Source: the human T2T-CHM13v2.0 reference genome, Homo sapiens. From it: a DNA stretch of 64,000 nucleotides. The stretch is from NCBI RefSeq assembly GCF_009914755.1, contig NC_060927.1; one strand, written 5' to 3'. The translations under genes and the position numbers were made by a program. Under the pieces are notes generated by a model that saw only the letters and a list, made by a program, of their open reading frames with translations, was not told the origin of the DNA and made no database searches. Shown here one piece after another: positions 28,399 to 45,252 of this stretch (its first letter is position 1; each line of letters starts with the position of its first letter).

Positions 28399-29420
28399 TT
28401 ACAATTTGGTATGTTTTTGCAGTGGCTGGTACCAGTTGTTCCTTTCCATGTTTAGTGCTTCCTTCAGGAGCTCTTGTGAGGCAGGCCTGGTGGTGACAAA
28501 ATCTCTCAGCATTTGCTTCTCTAGAAAGGATTTTATTTCTCCTTCGCTTCTTATGAAACTTAGTTTGGATGGATATGAAATTCTGGGTTCAAAATTCTTT
28601 TCTTTAAGAATGTTGAATATCGGCCCCCACTCTCTTCTGGCTTGTAGGGTTTCTGCAGAGAGATCTGCTGTTAGTCTGATGAGCTTCCCTTTGTGGATAA
28701 CCCGACCTTTCTCTCTGGCTGCCCTTAACATTTTTTCCTTCATTTCAACCTTAGCGAATCTGATGATTATGTGTCTTGGGGTTGCTCTTCTGAGAGTATC
28801 TTTGTGGTGTTCTCTGTATTTCCTGAACTTGAATGTTGGCCTGCTTTGCTAGATTGGGGACATTCTCCTGGATAATATCCTGAAGAATGTTTTCTAACTT
28901 GGTTCCCTGTCACTTTCAGGTTCACCAATCAAATGGAGACTTGGTCTTTCCACATAGTCCCATATTTCTTGGAGGCTTTGTTCATTCCTTGTCATTCTTT
29001 TTTCTCTGATCTTGTCTTCTCACTTAATTTCATTAAGTTGATCTTCAACCTCTGATATCCTTTCTTCCACTTGATTTATTCAGTTATTGATAGTTGTGTA
29101 TGCTTCAAGAAGTTCTCATGCTGTGTTTTTCAGCTCCATCAGGTAATTTACGTTCTTCTCTAAACTAGTTATTCTAGTTAGCAATTCCTCTAACCTTTTT
29201 TTCAAGGTTCTTAGCTTTCTTGCGTTTGGTTAGAACATGCTCCTTTAGCTCAGAGGAATTTGTTATTTCCCACCTTCTGAAGCCTACTTCTTTCAATTCG
29301 TCAAACTCATTCTCTGTCCATTTTGTTCCCTGCTGGCGAGGAGTTGTGATCCTTTGGAGGAGAAGAGGTGTTCTGGTTTTTGGAATTTTCAGTCTTTTTG
29401 CGCTGGTTTCTCCCCATCTT
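28399..29420 (-). pseudogene. Disrupted L1 ORF1
   Basis: MKEKMLRAAREKGRV...ADLSAETLQARREWGPIF...; upstream part frameshifted. Confidence 0.9.
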
Positions 29421-30964
29421 CATGGATTTATCTACCTTTGGTCTTTGATGTTGGTGACCTTCAGATGGGGTCTTTTGAGTGAACGTTTTTTTTTTGTTGT
29501 TGTTTTTGTTGTTGTTGTTGATGTTGATGCTATTTCTTTCTGTTTGTTAATTTTCTTTCAACAATCAGGCCCCTCTGCTGCAGGTCTGCTAGAGTTTGCT
29601 GGAGGTCCACTCCAGACCCTGTTTGCCAGGGCATCACCAGCGGAGGCTGCAGAACAAATATTGCTGCCTATTTCTTCCTCTGGAAGCTTCATCCCAGAGG
29701 GGCACCTGCCAGATGCCAGCTAGAGCTCTCCTGCATGAGGTGTCTGTGGGCACCTACTGGGAGGTGTCTCCCAGTCAGGATACACGGGGGTCAGGGACCC
29801 ACTTGAGGAGGCAGTCTGTCCCTTAGTAGAGCTCAAGCGCTATGCTGGGAGATCTGCTGCTCTCTTCAGGGTCATCAGGCAGGGACGTTTAAGTCTGTTG
29901 AAGCTGTGCCCACAGCTGCCCTTTCTCCCAGGTGCTTTGTCCCAGGGAGATGGGGGCTTTCCTGACAGGGGCTGCTGCCTTTTTTTCAGAGATACCCTGC
30001 CCAGAGAGGAGGAATCTAGAGAGGCAGTCTGGCCACAGTGGCCTTGCTGAGCTGGGGTGGGCTCTACCAAGTTCGAACTTCCTGGTGGTTTTGTCTACAC
30101 TGTGAGGGTAAAATCGCCTACTCAAGCCTCGGCATTGGCGGATGCCCCTCCCCTCACCAAGCTTGAGCCTCCCATGTCAACCTCAGACTGCTGTGCTGGT
30201 AGCAAGAATTTCAAGCCAGTGGATCTTACCTTGTTGAGCTCCATGTGGGTGGGACCAGTCAAGCCAGATCACCTGGCTCTCTGGCTTCAGCCCCTGCAGC
30301 TGGCTTGGTGTCTGCCCAAACGGCTGCCCAGTTTTGTGCTTGAAACCCAGGGCCCTGGTGGCATAGGCACTGGAGGGAATCTCCTGGTCTGTGGATTGCG
30401 AAGACTGTGGGAAAAGCATAGTATCGGGGCCGGAGTGCACCATTCCTTAGGGCACAGTCCCTCAAGGCTTCCCTTGGGTAGGAGAGAGAATTCCCTGACC
30501 CCTTGTGCTTCCAGGATAAGGCAACACCCCACTCTGCTTTGGCTCATCCTTTGTGGGCTGCACCCACTGTCCAACGAGTCCCAGTAAGATGAACAGGGTA
30601 CCTCAGTTGGAAATGCAGAAATCATCTGCCTTCTGCATTGATCTCGCTGGGATCTGCAGACTGGAGCTGTTCCTATTTGGCCATCTTGCCAGCTGCCCCT
30701 CCAATAACTGTTTATTAAACCTAGTCTTCAATGTGTATAGTGTGGGATAAGGTTAATTTGTAAAAAAAAAAAAAAAAAAAAATTTTTTTAAACTAATATT
30801 TATTGTTTTTATTGCAAAATTTAATTATATTTTTTAGAAAATCTAGAATGCAGAAATAAGAAGAAAACACAATTTTAACATTTTAGTGCACTTCCAGTTT
30901 TTATATAGTTATTTCTAAATATGTGGCTCTTTTAATTTCAAAATTTCTAAAGAACCAGTAAGTT

Positions 30965-31250
30965 GGCTGGGTGTGGTGTCTCACATCTGTAATACCAGCA
31001 CTTTGGAAGGCTGAAGTGGATGGATTGCTTGAGCTTAAGAGTTTGAGACCAGCCTGAGCAACATGGGGAAACCTTGTCTCTATAAAAAAAATATAAAAAT
31101 TAGCTGGGCATGTGGTGGTGCACACCTGTGGTCCCAGGTACTTGTGAGGCTGAGGTGGAAGTATTGCTCGGGTCCAGGAGGTCAAGGCTGCAGTGAGCCA
31201 TGATCACGCCATTGCACTCCAGCCTGGGTGACAGAGCAAAACCCTGTCTC

Positions 31251-31282
<32 letters not shown>

Positions 31283-31285
31283 ACA
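30965..31285 (+). mobile_element. AluJb-like
   Basis: Dimer with (CAAAA)n tail; TSD cagtaagtt. Confidence 0.9.
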
Positions 31286-31409
31286 GTAAGTTAACTTACA
31301 CAGGTTTGCTAGACATTGGTTTTCAGAAGACATTTCTGTGTATGTTAGAGGAGCCTTGTGGTTCAAAATTACTGTTTGTTTTTCTTTAGTTCCTGAAGGA
31401 TAAGACCTT

Positions 31410-31572
31410 GCTACTCAAAGTATGGTCTGGGAATTAGTAACATCGGTATTAAGTAAGAGCATATTCAAAATGAAGAATTTTGAGCCCCACCCCACTCCTA
31501 GTGAATCCAAAACTGTATTTTAATATGATTTCTAGGTGATTTACCTACACATTAAGTTTTGAGTAACACTAC
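31410..31572. mobile_element. MER5-like hAT MITE
   Basis: ctactcaaagtatggtc...ctgtattttaatatgatttctaggtgatt...cattaagttttgag. Confidence 0.6.
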
Positions 31573-32216
31573 CATAGGGACAATTTGACAAAATATCTTT
31601 TCTTATCTAAGATAGTTGTTGAAGGCCTGATGAGTCCTAAATTTCCAGGACAATAGTTCTCACTTCCACAAAAGTGCTGTTGGAACAAGACTAATTAGAG
31701 ATCCACCAAACAGCCTGCAGGAAAACACTGAGCTAGCTCTGCGTGTCAGGAGATGAAGGATGTAAAATAAATCTGGGATACACTAACATGCCAATAAAAC
31801 TCTGTAAATCTGAAGTCTGTATTGTTCAACATTTTATTACTTTATCAAAGTGCTCTTCCTAGGTTCACTGTTAGATTACCAAGAAATGGTGTTGTACCCA
31901 TTGAAAAACCCAGCAATTAGGTTCACCAATAGCATTTTCGTTATCAGGGCTTTTGATAGAGGGGTCTATTGACTTGGAGAATTGAGACTGACTTAAAAAA
32001 CAAACAACAGAAAGAAAACACTCCTGGAACATGTCCTGGAAATAGAACACCCTTTAGAATGGGAGTACACATGTGTTTTTTTTACCCTCATATCCCTTAT
32101 TTGCTGGAATAGAAATGTAACTACCCAGCAGGTTTGAGCCAGTTTCACGGTGAGCATGACTAATAATAATAATAACCTACATTTGACAGCATTTTATGAT
32201 TCACAAGGTATTATGG

Positions 32217-32395
32217 CAGTGCTTCTCAAACTTCAGTGTACACACTGATTGCCTGGGGATCTTGTTAAAGTGAGAATACTGTTTCATCAGGTCCAGAGTA
32301 GGCCTGCAGTTGCCTTTTTAACCAATTCCCAGATGGTGCTGATATTGCTGGTCCACAAACCACGCTTTGAGTAGCAAGTGCTTAGCATAATCTCT
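32217..32395. mobile_element. MER5A-like hAT MITE within a MIR relic
   Basis: cagtgcttctcaaactt...cctggggatcttgttaaa...gctggtccacaaaccacgctttgagtagc. Confidence 0.75.
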
Positions 32396-32729
32396 CTTGA
32401 GATTCACAGAAATTATGTTAGGTAGGTAGAACAGTCATTTTTTTCTTTCCCTTCAGAATATTTGTTCTATGAGGGTAAGGATTTGGTTGTTTTGTGTTCA
32501 TTGCTATATCCCAAGTGCATATAATAGGAGGCACTCAATACACTTTTGTTGGATGAACGAATGACTGAATATTAATTTTATAGAAGAATTTATATGCCTT
32601 ACTTAAAGTCACATTCTAATAAGTGGCAAATCTGACATTTGAATCTAATAAACTATTTGAATCAGAGAATTTGGTAACGAATGAATCACTTTAGTGGTTT
32701 GCCCTTTCTTCTGGTAATTTTTTTTGAAG

Positions 32730-34270
32730 GAACCTTTTTAATTGAAGCCTAACATAGAAAAATGAGCAAATCTGAAGTGTACAGTTGATGCATTTATAGA
32801 AAGGGAACACATTGATGGAACCACCTCTCAGACCAGGGAATTACCAGCTCCCCAGAAGCCTCCTTCATATCTGCTCCCAGTCATTATTTTCTTTCTCCAA
32901 GGTGGATGCTTTTATAACCTCTATCACCATAGAATACTTTCGAACTTGACAGAAATAGAATTTTATAACATGTGCTTTGTAGTACATGCCTTTTTTCCTT
33001 CAACATTATGTTTGTGTTCTTAAATACAGCAATACTTTTATAGTATTCCCTTGTGTATATTTTGTGCATATTCCATGAATATACTGCAATTTATCATACG
33101 TTTCACTGTTGATGGGCATTGTGGTTGATCCCAGTATTTGGCTAATATAAATAGTGCTACTGTGGAAAATTTTGCATGTGATTTTTGATGCACATATGTA
33201 CCTACTTGCATTGCATATACAGGTAGAAGTGGAATAGATTTTGGGTATAGTCAGTTATTGCAGATATTGGCGAATAATTTTCCTTTCCAGCTTTGTTGAA
33301 GTATAGTTCATAATAAAAATTGTAGATAGGTATACAATGTGATATTTTCACATATGTATACATTATGAAATGATTACATATCAAGCTAATTAACATATTT
33401 ATCACTTCCTGTAGTTAGCTTTCTTTGGTGATAAGAATACTTAAGATCTACTTACCTTAACCAATTTCAAGTATATATTATTTTAACCCTAGTCACCATG
33501 CTGTACACTAGGTCTACAGAAGTTATTCATCTTATACCCTTTAACCAACATTTTCCTGTTTCTCCTATCCCCCCAGTCGATAGTAACCATCCTTGTGCTC
33601 TGTTTCTATGTGTTTGACTTTTTAAAAGTCCACATGTAAGTGAGACCATGCAGTAATGTACATGGTAATGCATAGATAGTGATTTTATTTTCTTTGGATA
33701 TATACCCAGAAGTGGGATTGCTGGATCATATGGTGGTTCTATTTCTAATATTTTGAGGAACCTCCATACTGTTTCCTGTAATGGATGTACCAATTTGCAT
33801 TTCTCCCAACAATGTATAAGGGTTCTCTTTTCTCCACATCCCTTCCATTAGTTGTTACATTTTGTCTTTCTGATAATAACCATCCTAACAAGTGTCAGGT
33901 GATATCTCATTATGATTTTGATTAGCATTTCCCTGATAATTAATGATGTTGAGTATTTTGTCATGTATCATTGGCTATTTTTACATCTTCTTTGGAAAAG
34001 TGTCTATTTAGGTGTGTTGTCCATTTTTTAATTTGATCATTAGTGTTTTTTTGTTGTTGAAATGAGTTCTTTATATATTTTGGATATTAACTCTTTATCA
34101 GCTATATGGTTTGCAAATTTTTTTTATTCTGTAGGTTGCCTTTTCATATTGTTGATTGTTTCCTTTGTTGTGCAGAAACTTTTCCATTTGAGGTAGTCCC
34201 ACTTGTTTATTTTTGCTTTTGTTGCTCATGCTTTTGGTGTAATATCCAAAATTTATTGCCAACAGTTTTT
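32730..34270 (-). mobile_element. Nested L1M 3' fragments (older L1ME-like plus L1MA-like)
   Basis: ORF2 remnant [25 protein letters not shown]; two 3' ends near 32735 and 33285. Confidence 0.78.
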
Positions 34271-34379
34271 CAAACTAATTGAATTAATGATTTCTTCTGC
34301 CTTTTCTTTGACTTTTTACTTTTTAAAAAAAATATTTAATTTTAATTTTTTTACTCTGTTGATTATTTATTTTTAAAAT

Positions 34380-34512
34380 TATTCATTTATTTATTTAGAG
34401 GTGGTTCTTGCTATGTTGCCCTGGCTGGTCTTCAACCCTTAGCCTCAAGTGATCCTCCTGCCTCAGCCTCCCGAGTAGCTGGGATTACAGGTATGAGCCA
34501 CAGCACATGGCT
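34380..34512 (-). mobile_element. FLAM monomer
   Basis: cttgctatgttgccctggctggtc...gggattacaggtatgagccac. Confidence 0.82.
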
Positions 34513-34514
34513 TA

Positions 34515-35220
34515 AAAAATTTTTAATTAACATAATAATTATACATATTCATGGGCAACATAGTGATATTTTAAAACATATAATGTATAGTGATCAAATC
34601 AGAGTAATTAGCATATCCATCATCTCAATTACTTATGCCTTTTTTTTGGGAACATTCAGTATTCTCCTTCTAGCTATTTGAAACTATATAATATATTATT
34701 GTTAACTATAGTTATCCTACGGTGGTATAGAACACTAGAACTGATTTCTCCTACATTCTTGTAATTTTGTGTCTTTTAATAAATCTCTCCCTACACCCCC
34801 TTTCCTCCACCCTTCCCAGCCTCTAGTATTCTCTGTTCTACTTTTTACTTTTATGAGATCAACTTTTTTAGCTTCCACATATGCATGAGAACGGGCAGTG
34901 TTTAATTTTCTGTTCCTGGCTTTTTTCACTTACCATAATGTCTTCCCATTTCATCCATGGTGCCACAAATGACAGGATTTCATTCTTTTTAATGGCTAAA
35001 TAATATTCCATTTTATATATATACCACATTTTAAAAATTCATCTATTGTTGGACACCAAGGTTGATTTAGTGTCTTAGTTATTGTGAATAGTGCTGTAAT
35101 AAATGTGGGGTACAGATTTCTCTTTGATATACTGATTTTCTTTCTGCTGGAAAAATGACCAGTAGTGGGATTGCTAGGTTATGTGGTAGTTCTATTTGTA
35201 GTTTTTTGATGAATCTTTGA
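34515..35220 (-). mobile_element. L1MA-like 3' fragment
   Basis: L1MA 3'UTR text (gtgatcaaatcagagtaattagcatatccatc) and ORF2 end. Confidence 0.8.
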
Positions 35221-36584
35221 TGTTTTAATGTTGATTAAATTCTCTAGATAATCATTGAAATTCTTTTACCTTTTGATGCATGAAGAACTTTGGTGTGGAT
35301 TTTATTTCTGGGAATTTTGGGTCAAGATGGTGAATTGGGCACACACTTTTACTTCCTTTTAACATCTCATAAAATGGTAATAAATGGATTTTTTTGAGGA
35401 GAAATATGTAAATATAAAATGACAAAAAATGAGCGACAATATCAGCACAATTTGAAATATTTGAGAAAGCTGTATCTTAAGCCAGCAGTGGAAAAGCCGA
35501 GAAGAAATCTGATTTACACCACGGGACTTCTAAAAGCTTGAGGAACTGGTACATGGGCACTCCTGGAAGAGGGGAGGTAGTGCTAAATAAAATAGCATCA
35601 ATTTAGAGTCTGTTGAAAAAGCAATTTGACCTCCTTTCCCAGTCCATACGCTTAACAATTGTTTTCCACCCAACTCACTTTGGAAGAAAGCTGAGGAAAA
35701 TTGCCCACTGGAGACTGTAAAATAGAGGGTCTCTGCACTAGGATTTGTCAATAGAGTTGAAAACAGGAATTAAGCAAATATTTACATTCTGAATATAGGA
35801 TTTGTCAATACAGTTGAGCTGAAAACAGAGGAATTAAGCGAATATTTACATCCTGAGTACTGAGACCACCCCAGACCTCTTGTACACTCACTTGTCAAAA
35901 TTTTGACAGGCAGACCTATATCTTGTAGATAGGAGACTAGAAGATTCTTCTCTAGGAACTCAACCAGACCAAGAATAAGAAGTAATGGTACTGACCATAG
36001 AGGAGAGGGAGCTCCAAGGAGGAGAAGGAGCTCCAAGGCCCAGCTAGATTAATAGCTACAGTGAAACCCATAGTAGTCAAGTCCCAATCACAGGCTCAGA
36101 ACTTCCAGTCAGCTCCTTTAGGGCTTCACTCTTAAAAATGAATAGGCAGACAAAGTCATCAACTAGCTGAGAAAAGATTTCATCATGAAACAGAGAGACA
36201 AAACAAACACACAGAAAAAAATCAACTTAGGAGAAAAGAAAATTTTTCAGAGGAAAGGGTACTTAAAACATCATCATTAGGGTCCGCAGAGAAACATAAG
36301 ATAATATTGCATTCATGAAACACAAACAGGATTCTTTAAAAGGGGACAATTGGGAACTCTTAGAAATTAAAAATACGATAACAGAAATGAGAAGGTCAAT
36401 GGAACAGTGGGAAGATAAAATTAAAGAAATCTCTATAAAAGTTGAACAAAAGGAAAATATGAAAAAGGGAAGAGAAAATATAATAAAATCAGAGGACCAG
36501 ATCATGAGATTCAATGTCTTTATATCAAGAGTTTCAAAGGGAGAGGAAGAAAAGAAGGAAAATAGAACAGAGGAAATCACTGCC

Positions 36585-36991
36585 TGATATGGTTTAGCTG
36601 TGTCCCCACCCAAATCTCATTTTGAATTGTAATCCAAATTGTAATCCCCATAGGTTGGGGAAGGGACTTGGTGGGAGATGACTGGATCATGAGGGCGGTT
36701 TCCCCCATGCTGATTGGATCATGAGGGCAGTTTCCCCCATGCTGTTCTTGTGATAGTGAGTGAGTTCTCATGAACTGTGATGGTTTTATAAAGGGGTCTC
36801 CCCCCTTCACACTCTCTCTTTCCTGCCACCTTGTGAAGAAGGTACTTGCTTCTTCTTTGACTTCCGCCATGACTGTACATTTCCTGAGGCCTCTCCAGCC
36901 ATGCAGAGCTGTGAGTCAATTAAACCTCTTTCCCTTATAAATTACCCAGTCTCAAGTATTTCTTTATAGCAGTTGAGAATGGACTAATACA
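36585..36991 (+). mobile_element. THE1 (THE1D-like) MaLR solo LTR
   Basis: tgatatggtttagctgtgtccccacccaaatctc...ggactaataca; decayed 5 bp TSD ctgcc/ccacc. Confidence 0.92.
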
Positions 36992-37502
36992 CCACCCATA
37001 TAATTAAAGACAAATTTCTAGAACTGAAGGTTAGAGTTTCCAGGTTGAAAGGATCCATAGGCTGCTCAGCAGAATGGATTAAAAGTAGATTGACTCCAAT
37101 GTACATCATTTTATAATACTGGGGAAACAAAGAAGTTCTAAAAACTCCCGGAAATGGAAAACAAACAAACACAGTCACATGCAAAAGGTGAAAAATTAGG
37201 GTACTTATTGATTTTTCAGTAGTAACAACAGAGGCTAGAATAGATTGGAAAAATACCTTAAAAAGTTTTGAGGAAAATTAATTCTTAACCTAGAATTTTA
37301 TACTTGGGGAAATTCATAAGCAAATATGAGAATAGAATTTTGAAATTCTGATATTCAAGGTATGAACATTTTTATCTTCTATGAGATTCTCATAGATTTA
37401 CTGCTGAATATGATCTCAGAGATTTATTGTTGGATATGACCCATCGTAATGGAGTAAACTAAAAAAGGAGAAAAACATGGGAAATAAGAAACAGGAGATT
37501 TA

Positions 37503-37763
37503 GCTAAGTAGCGTGGCTCACACCTATAATCTAAGCACTTAGGGAGGCTGAAGAGGATGGATCACTTGAGCCCAGGAATTGGACACTGCCTGGGAAACAT
37601 GGTGAAACTTCATCTCTACAAAAATACAAAAATTAGTTGGGCATAATGGCATGTGCCTGTAGTCCCAGATACTCAGGAGGCTGAGGTGGGAGGATGGGTT
37701 GAGCCCAGGAAGTCAAAGCTGCAGTGAATGACGAGACTCTCTTAAAAAAAAAAAAAAAAAAAG
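37503..37763 (+). mobile_element. AluJ with a right-arm deletion
   Basis: Dimer lacking ~40 bp before the tail; TSD aagaa(a/g)caggagattta. Confidence 0.87.
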
Positions 37764-38199
37764 AAGCAGGAGATTTAATGCAAGAGGTTGGGAAAGACTC
37801 TTCAGAATGAACGAAGGGAGATCTCAGGACAATAGCTCAATATTAGGCATAGAGGACAATGTCCAGAATTAAGCAAATCACAAAGATCCAGAAAATATTT
37901 TCTTTTTCTTTTTCTTTTTTTTTTTTTTTAATTATACTCAAGTTCTGGGATACATGTGCAGACGCACATGTTTGTTACATAGGTATACACATGCCATGGT
38001 GGTTTGCTGTACCCATCAACCCGTCATTTACATTAGGTATTTCTCCTAATGCTATCCCTCCCCTAGCCCCTAACCCCGCAACAGGCTCCAGTGTGTGATA
38101 TTCCCCTCCCTGTGTCCATGTGTTCTCATTGTACAACTCCCACTTACGAGTGAGAACATGCGGTGTTTGGTTTTCTGTTCCTGTGTTAGTGAGTTTGCT

Positions 38200-41941
<3,742 letters not shown>

Positions 41942-42009
41942 TATGATGCTAACTGGTTATTTTGCCTGTTAGTTCATGCAGTTTCTTCATAGTGTCAATG
42001 GTCTTGACA

Positions 42010-43025
42010 ATTTGGTACATTTCTCCAGTTGCTGGTACTGGTTTTTCCTTTTCATATTTAATGCTTCCTTTAGGAACTTTTGTAAGGCAGGCCGGGTGGT
42101 GACAAAATCTTTCAGCATTTGCTTGTCTGTAAAGGATTTTATTTCTCCTTTGCTTATGAAGCTTAGTTTGGCTGGATATGAAATTTTGGGTTGAAAATTC
42201 TTTAAGAATGTTGGATATTCACCCCCACTCTCTTCTGGTGTGTAGGGTTTCTGCAGAGAGATCTGCTGTTAGTCTCATGGGCTTCCCTTTGTGGGTAACC
42301 TGATCTTTCTCTCTGGTTGCCCTTAACATTTTTTCCTTCATTTCAACCTTGGTGAATCTGACGATTATATGTCTTGGGGTTGCTCTTCTTGAGGAGTATC
42401 TCTGTGGTGTTCTCTGTATTTCCTGAATTTGAATGTTGGCCTTTCTTGGTAGGTTGGGGAATTCTCCTGGATAATATCCTGAAGAGTGTTTTCCAACTTG
42501 GTTCCATTCTCTCTGTCACTTTCAGGTACACCAATCAAACGTAGGTTTGGTCTTTTCACATAGTCCCATATTTCTTGGAGGCTTTGTTTGTTCCTTTTCA
42601 TTCTTTTTTCTCTATCTTGTCTTTACACTTTATTTCATTAAGTTGATCTTCAATCTCTGATATCCTTTCTTCTGCTCCATCGATTTGGCTATTCATACTT
42701 GTGTATGCTTCATGAAGTTCTTGTGCTGTGTTTTTCAGCTCCATCAGGTCATTTATGTCCTTCTCTAAACTGGTTATTCTAGTTAGCAATTCATCTAACT
42801 CTTTTCAAGTTTTTTAGCTTCCTTGCTTTGGGTTAGAACATGCTTCTTTAGCTCAGAGGAGTTTGTTACTTCCCATCTTCTGAAGCCTACTTCTGTCAAT
42901 TCATCAAACTTATTCTCTGTCCAGTTTTGTTCCATTGCTGATGAGGAGTTGTGATCCTTTGGAGGAGAAGAGGTGTTCTGGTTTTTGGAATTTTCAGCTT
43001 TTTTGTGCTGGTTTTTCCTTATGTT
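42010..43025 (-). pseudogene. Disrupted L1 ORF1
   Basis: LTRITSLEKDINDLMELKNTAQEL, SLQEIWDYVKRPNLRLIGVPE fragments. Confidence 0.9.
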
Positions 43026-44944
43026 TGTGGATTTATCTACCTTTGGTCTTGATGTTGGTGACCTTCGGATAGGGTTTCTGTGTGGATGTCCTTTTTGTTG
43101 ATGTTGATGCTATTTCTTTCTGTTTGTTAGTTTTCCTTCTAACAGTCAGGCCCCTCTGCTGCAGGTCTGCTGGAGTTTGCTCGAGGTCCACTCCAGACCC
43201 TGTTTGGGTATCACCAGTGGAGGCTGCAGAACAGGAAAGATTGCTGCCTGTTCCTTCCCCTGGAAGCTTCATCCCAGAGGGGCACCCGCCAGATGCCAGC
43301 CAGAGCTCTCCGGTATGAGGTGTCTGTCAACTCCTGCTGGGAGGTATCTCCCAGTCAGTAGGCATGGGGGTTAGGGACCCACTTGAGGAGGCTGTCTGTC
43401 CCTTAGCAGAGCTTGAGCACTGTGCTGGGAGATCCCCTGCTCTCTTCAGAGTCAGCAGGCAGGAATGTTTAAGTCTGCTAAAGCTGTACCCACAGCTGTC
43501 CCTTCCCCCAGGTGCTCTGTCCCAGGGAGATGGGAGTTTTATCTATAAGTCCCTGACTGGGGCTGCTGCCTTTCTTTCAGAGATGCCCTGCCCAGAGAGG
43601 AGGAATCTAGAGAGGCAGACTGGATACAGCAGCTTTGCTGAGCTGTGGTGGGCTCCGCCCAGTTTGAACTTCCTGGAGTCTTCATGTACACTGTGAAGGG
43701 AAAACTACCTACTGAAGCCTCAGTAATGGTGGACACCACTCCCCACACCAAGCTCAAGTGTCCCAAGTTGACTTCAGACTGCTGTGCTGGCAGTAACAAT
43801 TTCAAGCCAGTGGATCTTAGCTTGCTGGTCTCCATTGGGGTGGGATCCCTGAGCTAGACCGCCTGGCTTCCTGACTTCAGACCCCTTTCCAGGGGAGCGA
43901 ATGGTTCTGTCTCGCTGGCATTCCAAGCACCACCGGGGTATGAAAAAAACTGCAGCTAGCTTGGTGTCTGCCCAAACAGCTGCCCAGTTTTGTGCTTGAA
44001 ACCCAGGGCCCTGGTGGTGTAGGCACCTGAGGGAATCTCCTGGTCTGCGGGTTGTGAAGACTATGGGAAAAGCATAGTATCTGGGCCAGAAGGTACTGTT
44101 CCTCATGGTGCAGTCCCTCATGGCTTCCCTTGGCTAGGGGAGGGAGTTCCCTGACCCCTTGTGCTTCCTGGGTGAGGTGATGCCCCACCCTGCTTCAGCT
44201 CACTCTCTGTGGGCTGCACCCACTCTTTAACCAGTCCCAATGAGATGAGCTGTGTACCTCAGTTGGAAATGCAGAAATCATCTGCCTTCTGTGTTGATCT
44301 TGCTGGGAGCTACAGACCAGAGCTGTTCCTATTCAGCCATCTTGCCAGCCAAATATTTTCTTAAGAAGATGAAGTTAACAGACTATCTGACACTGTGTTT
44401 CACAATGTTTATGGGAGTTTTAGATATGTGACAGAGTTTGGAATTGAATTGATGATAAGTAAATATACTACTCATCTTATGAGCAAATAAGAAAAAACAA
44501 GCAAACAGCAGTTCCTTCTCACCTGGGTCCTTCTTTCTCCCATTCCCAGTCAATAAAAGCTTGTGCAGGAAATGGAATTAATTGTAGTTGACTACATGTC
44601 TCAGCTGTGAATGACATTTACATAGTCATGATAATGTAAACAGTGAATGTTGATCTAGCTGAAATTTCAATGCAACTCTATTAAGTGAATGAGGGGGGTG
44701 GTGGTAGTAACGGAAAGAATGTGTTTACTGTGGGGTGAGGGGAGGGTTAAAGAAAGCTAAAGCTTTACCTTCCCTCCTAGAAAATCAGTAGACAATCACT
44801 AAAACCGAGACATCAAGAAATACAATATGCTCATATTATTTAGAGATATAGTGATAAATTCCAAAGAATCCTCTGAAGGAGTGGAAAATTGTTTCCTCTA
44901 GATCGGGGGCTACTGTTTTTCATATTTAAAAAAATGACATGTCG

Positions 44945-45252
44945 GGCCGGGCTTGGTGGCTCACGCTTGTAATCCCAGCACTTTGGAAGGCGGAGGCGGG
45001 CGGATCACGAGGTCAGGAGATTGAGAACATCCTGGCTAGCACGGTGAAACCCCGTCTCTACTAAAAATACAAAAAATTAGCCAGGCGTGGTTGCCGGCAC
45101 CTGTAGTCCCAGCTACTCGGGAGGCTGAGGCAGGAGAATAGCGTGAACCCGGGAAGGCGGAGCTTGCAGTGAGCGGAGATAATGCCACTGCACTCCAGCC
45201 TGGGTGACAGAGCGAGACTCCGTCTCAAAAAAAAAAAAAAAAAAAAAAAAAA
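44945..45252 (+). mobile_element. AluY
   Basis: ggatcacgaggtcaggagattgag...gcggagcttgcagtgag; long A tail. Confidence 0.93.

Larger units (their letters stand above)
24290..30702 (-). mobile_element. Full-length, inactivated L1PA7/8-like LINE-1
   Basis: 5'UTR begins GGCAAGATGGCCAAATAGGAACAGCTCC; ORF1, endonuclease and RT remnants; 3'UTR and poly-A. Confidence 0.96.
35300..37892 (+). mobile_element. Old L1M 5'/ORF1 region, interrupted by THE1, AluJ and the second L1PA; resumes ~44360-44940
   Basis: gtcaagatgg 5' motif; ORF1 coiled-coil-like ELLEIKNTITEMRRSMEQWEDKIKEIS; aacctagaattttatac motif. Confidence 0.65.

Noticed and set aside
30762-30790. Orphan poly-A run beside the L1 5' end as a processed pseudogene tail or transduction
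   Set aside because: No upstream mRNA-like body or TSD visible; treated as a simple homopolymer
36315-36587. 90 aa coiled-coil-like ORF as a host exon
   Set aside because: Fits an L1M ORF1 remnant within an L1 context and is cut by a THE1 LTR
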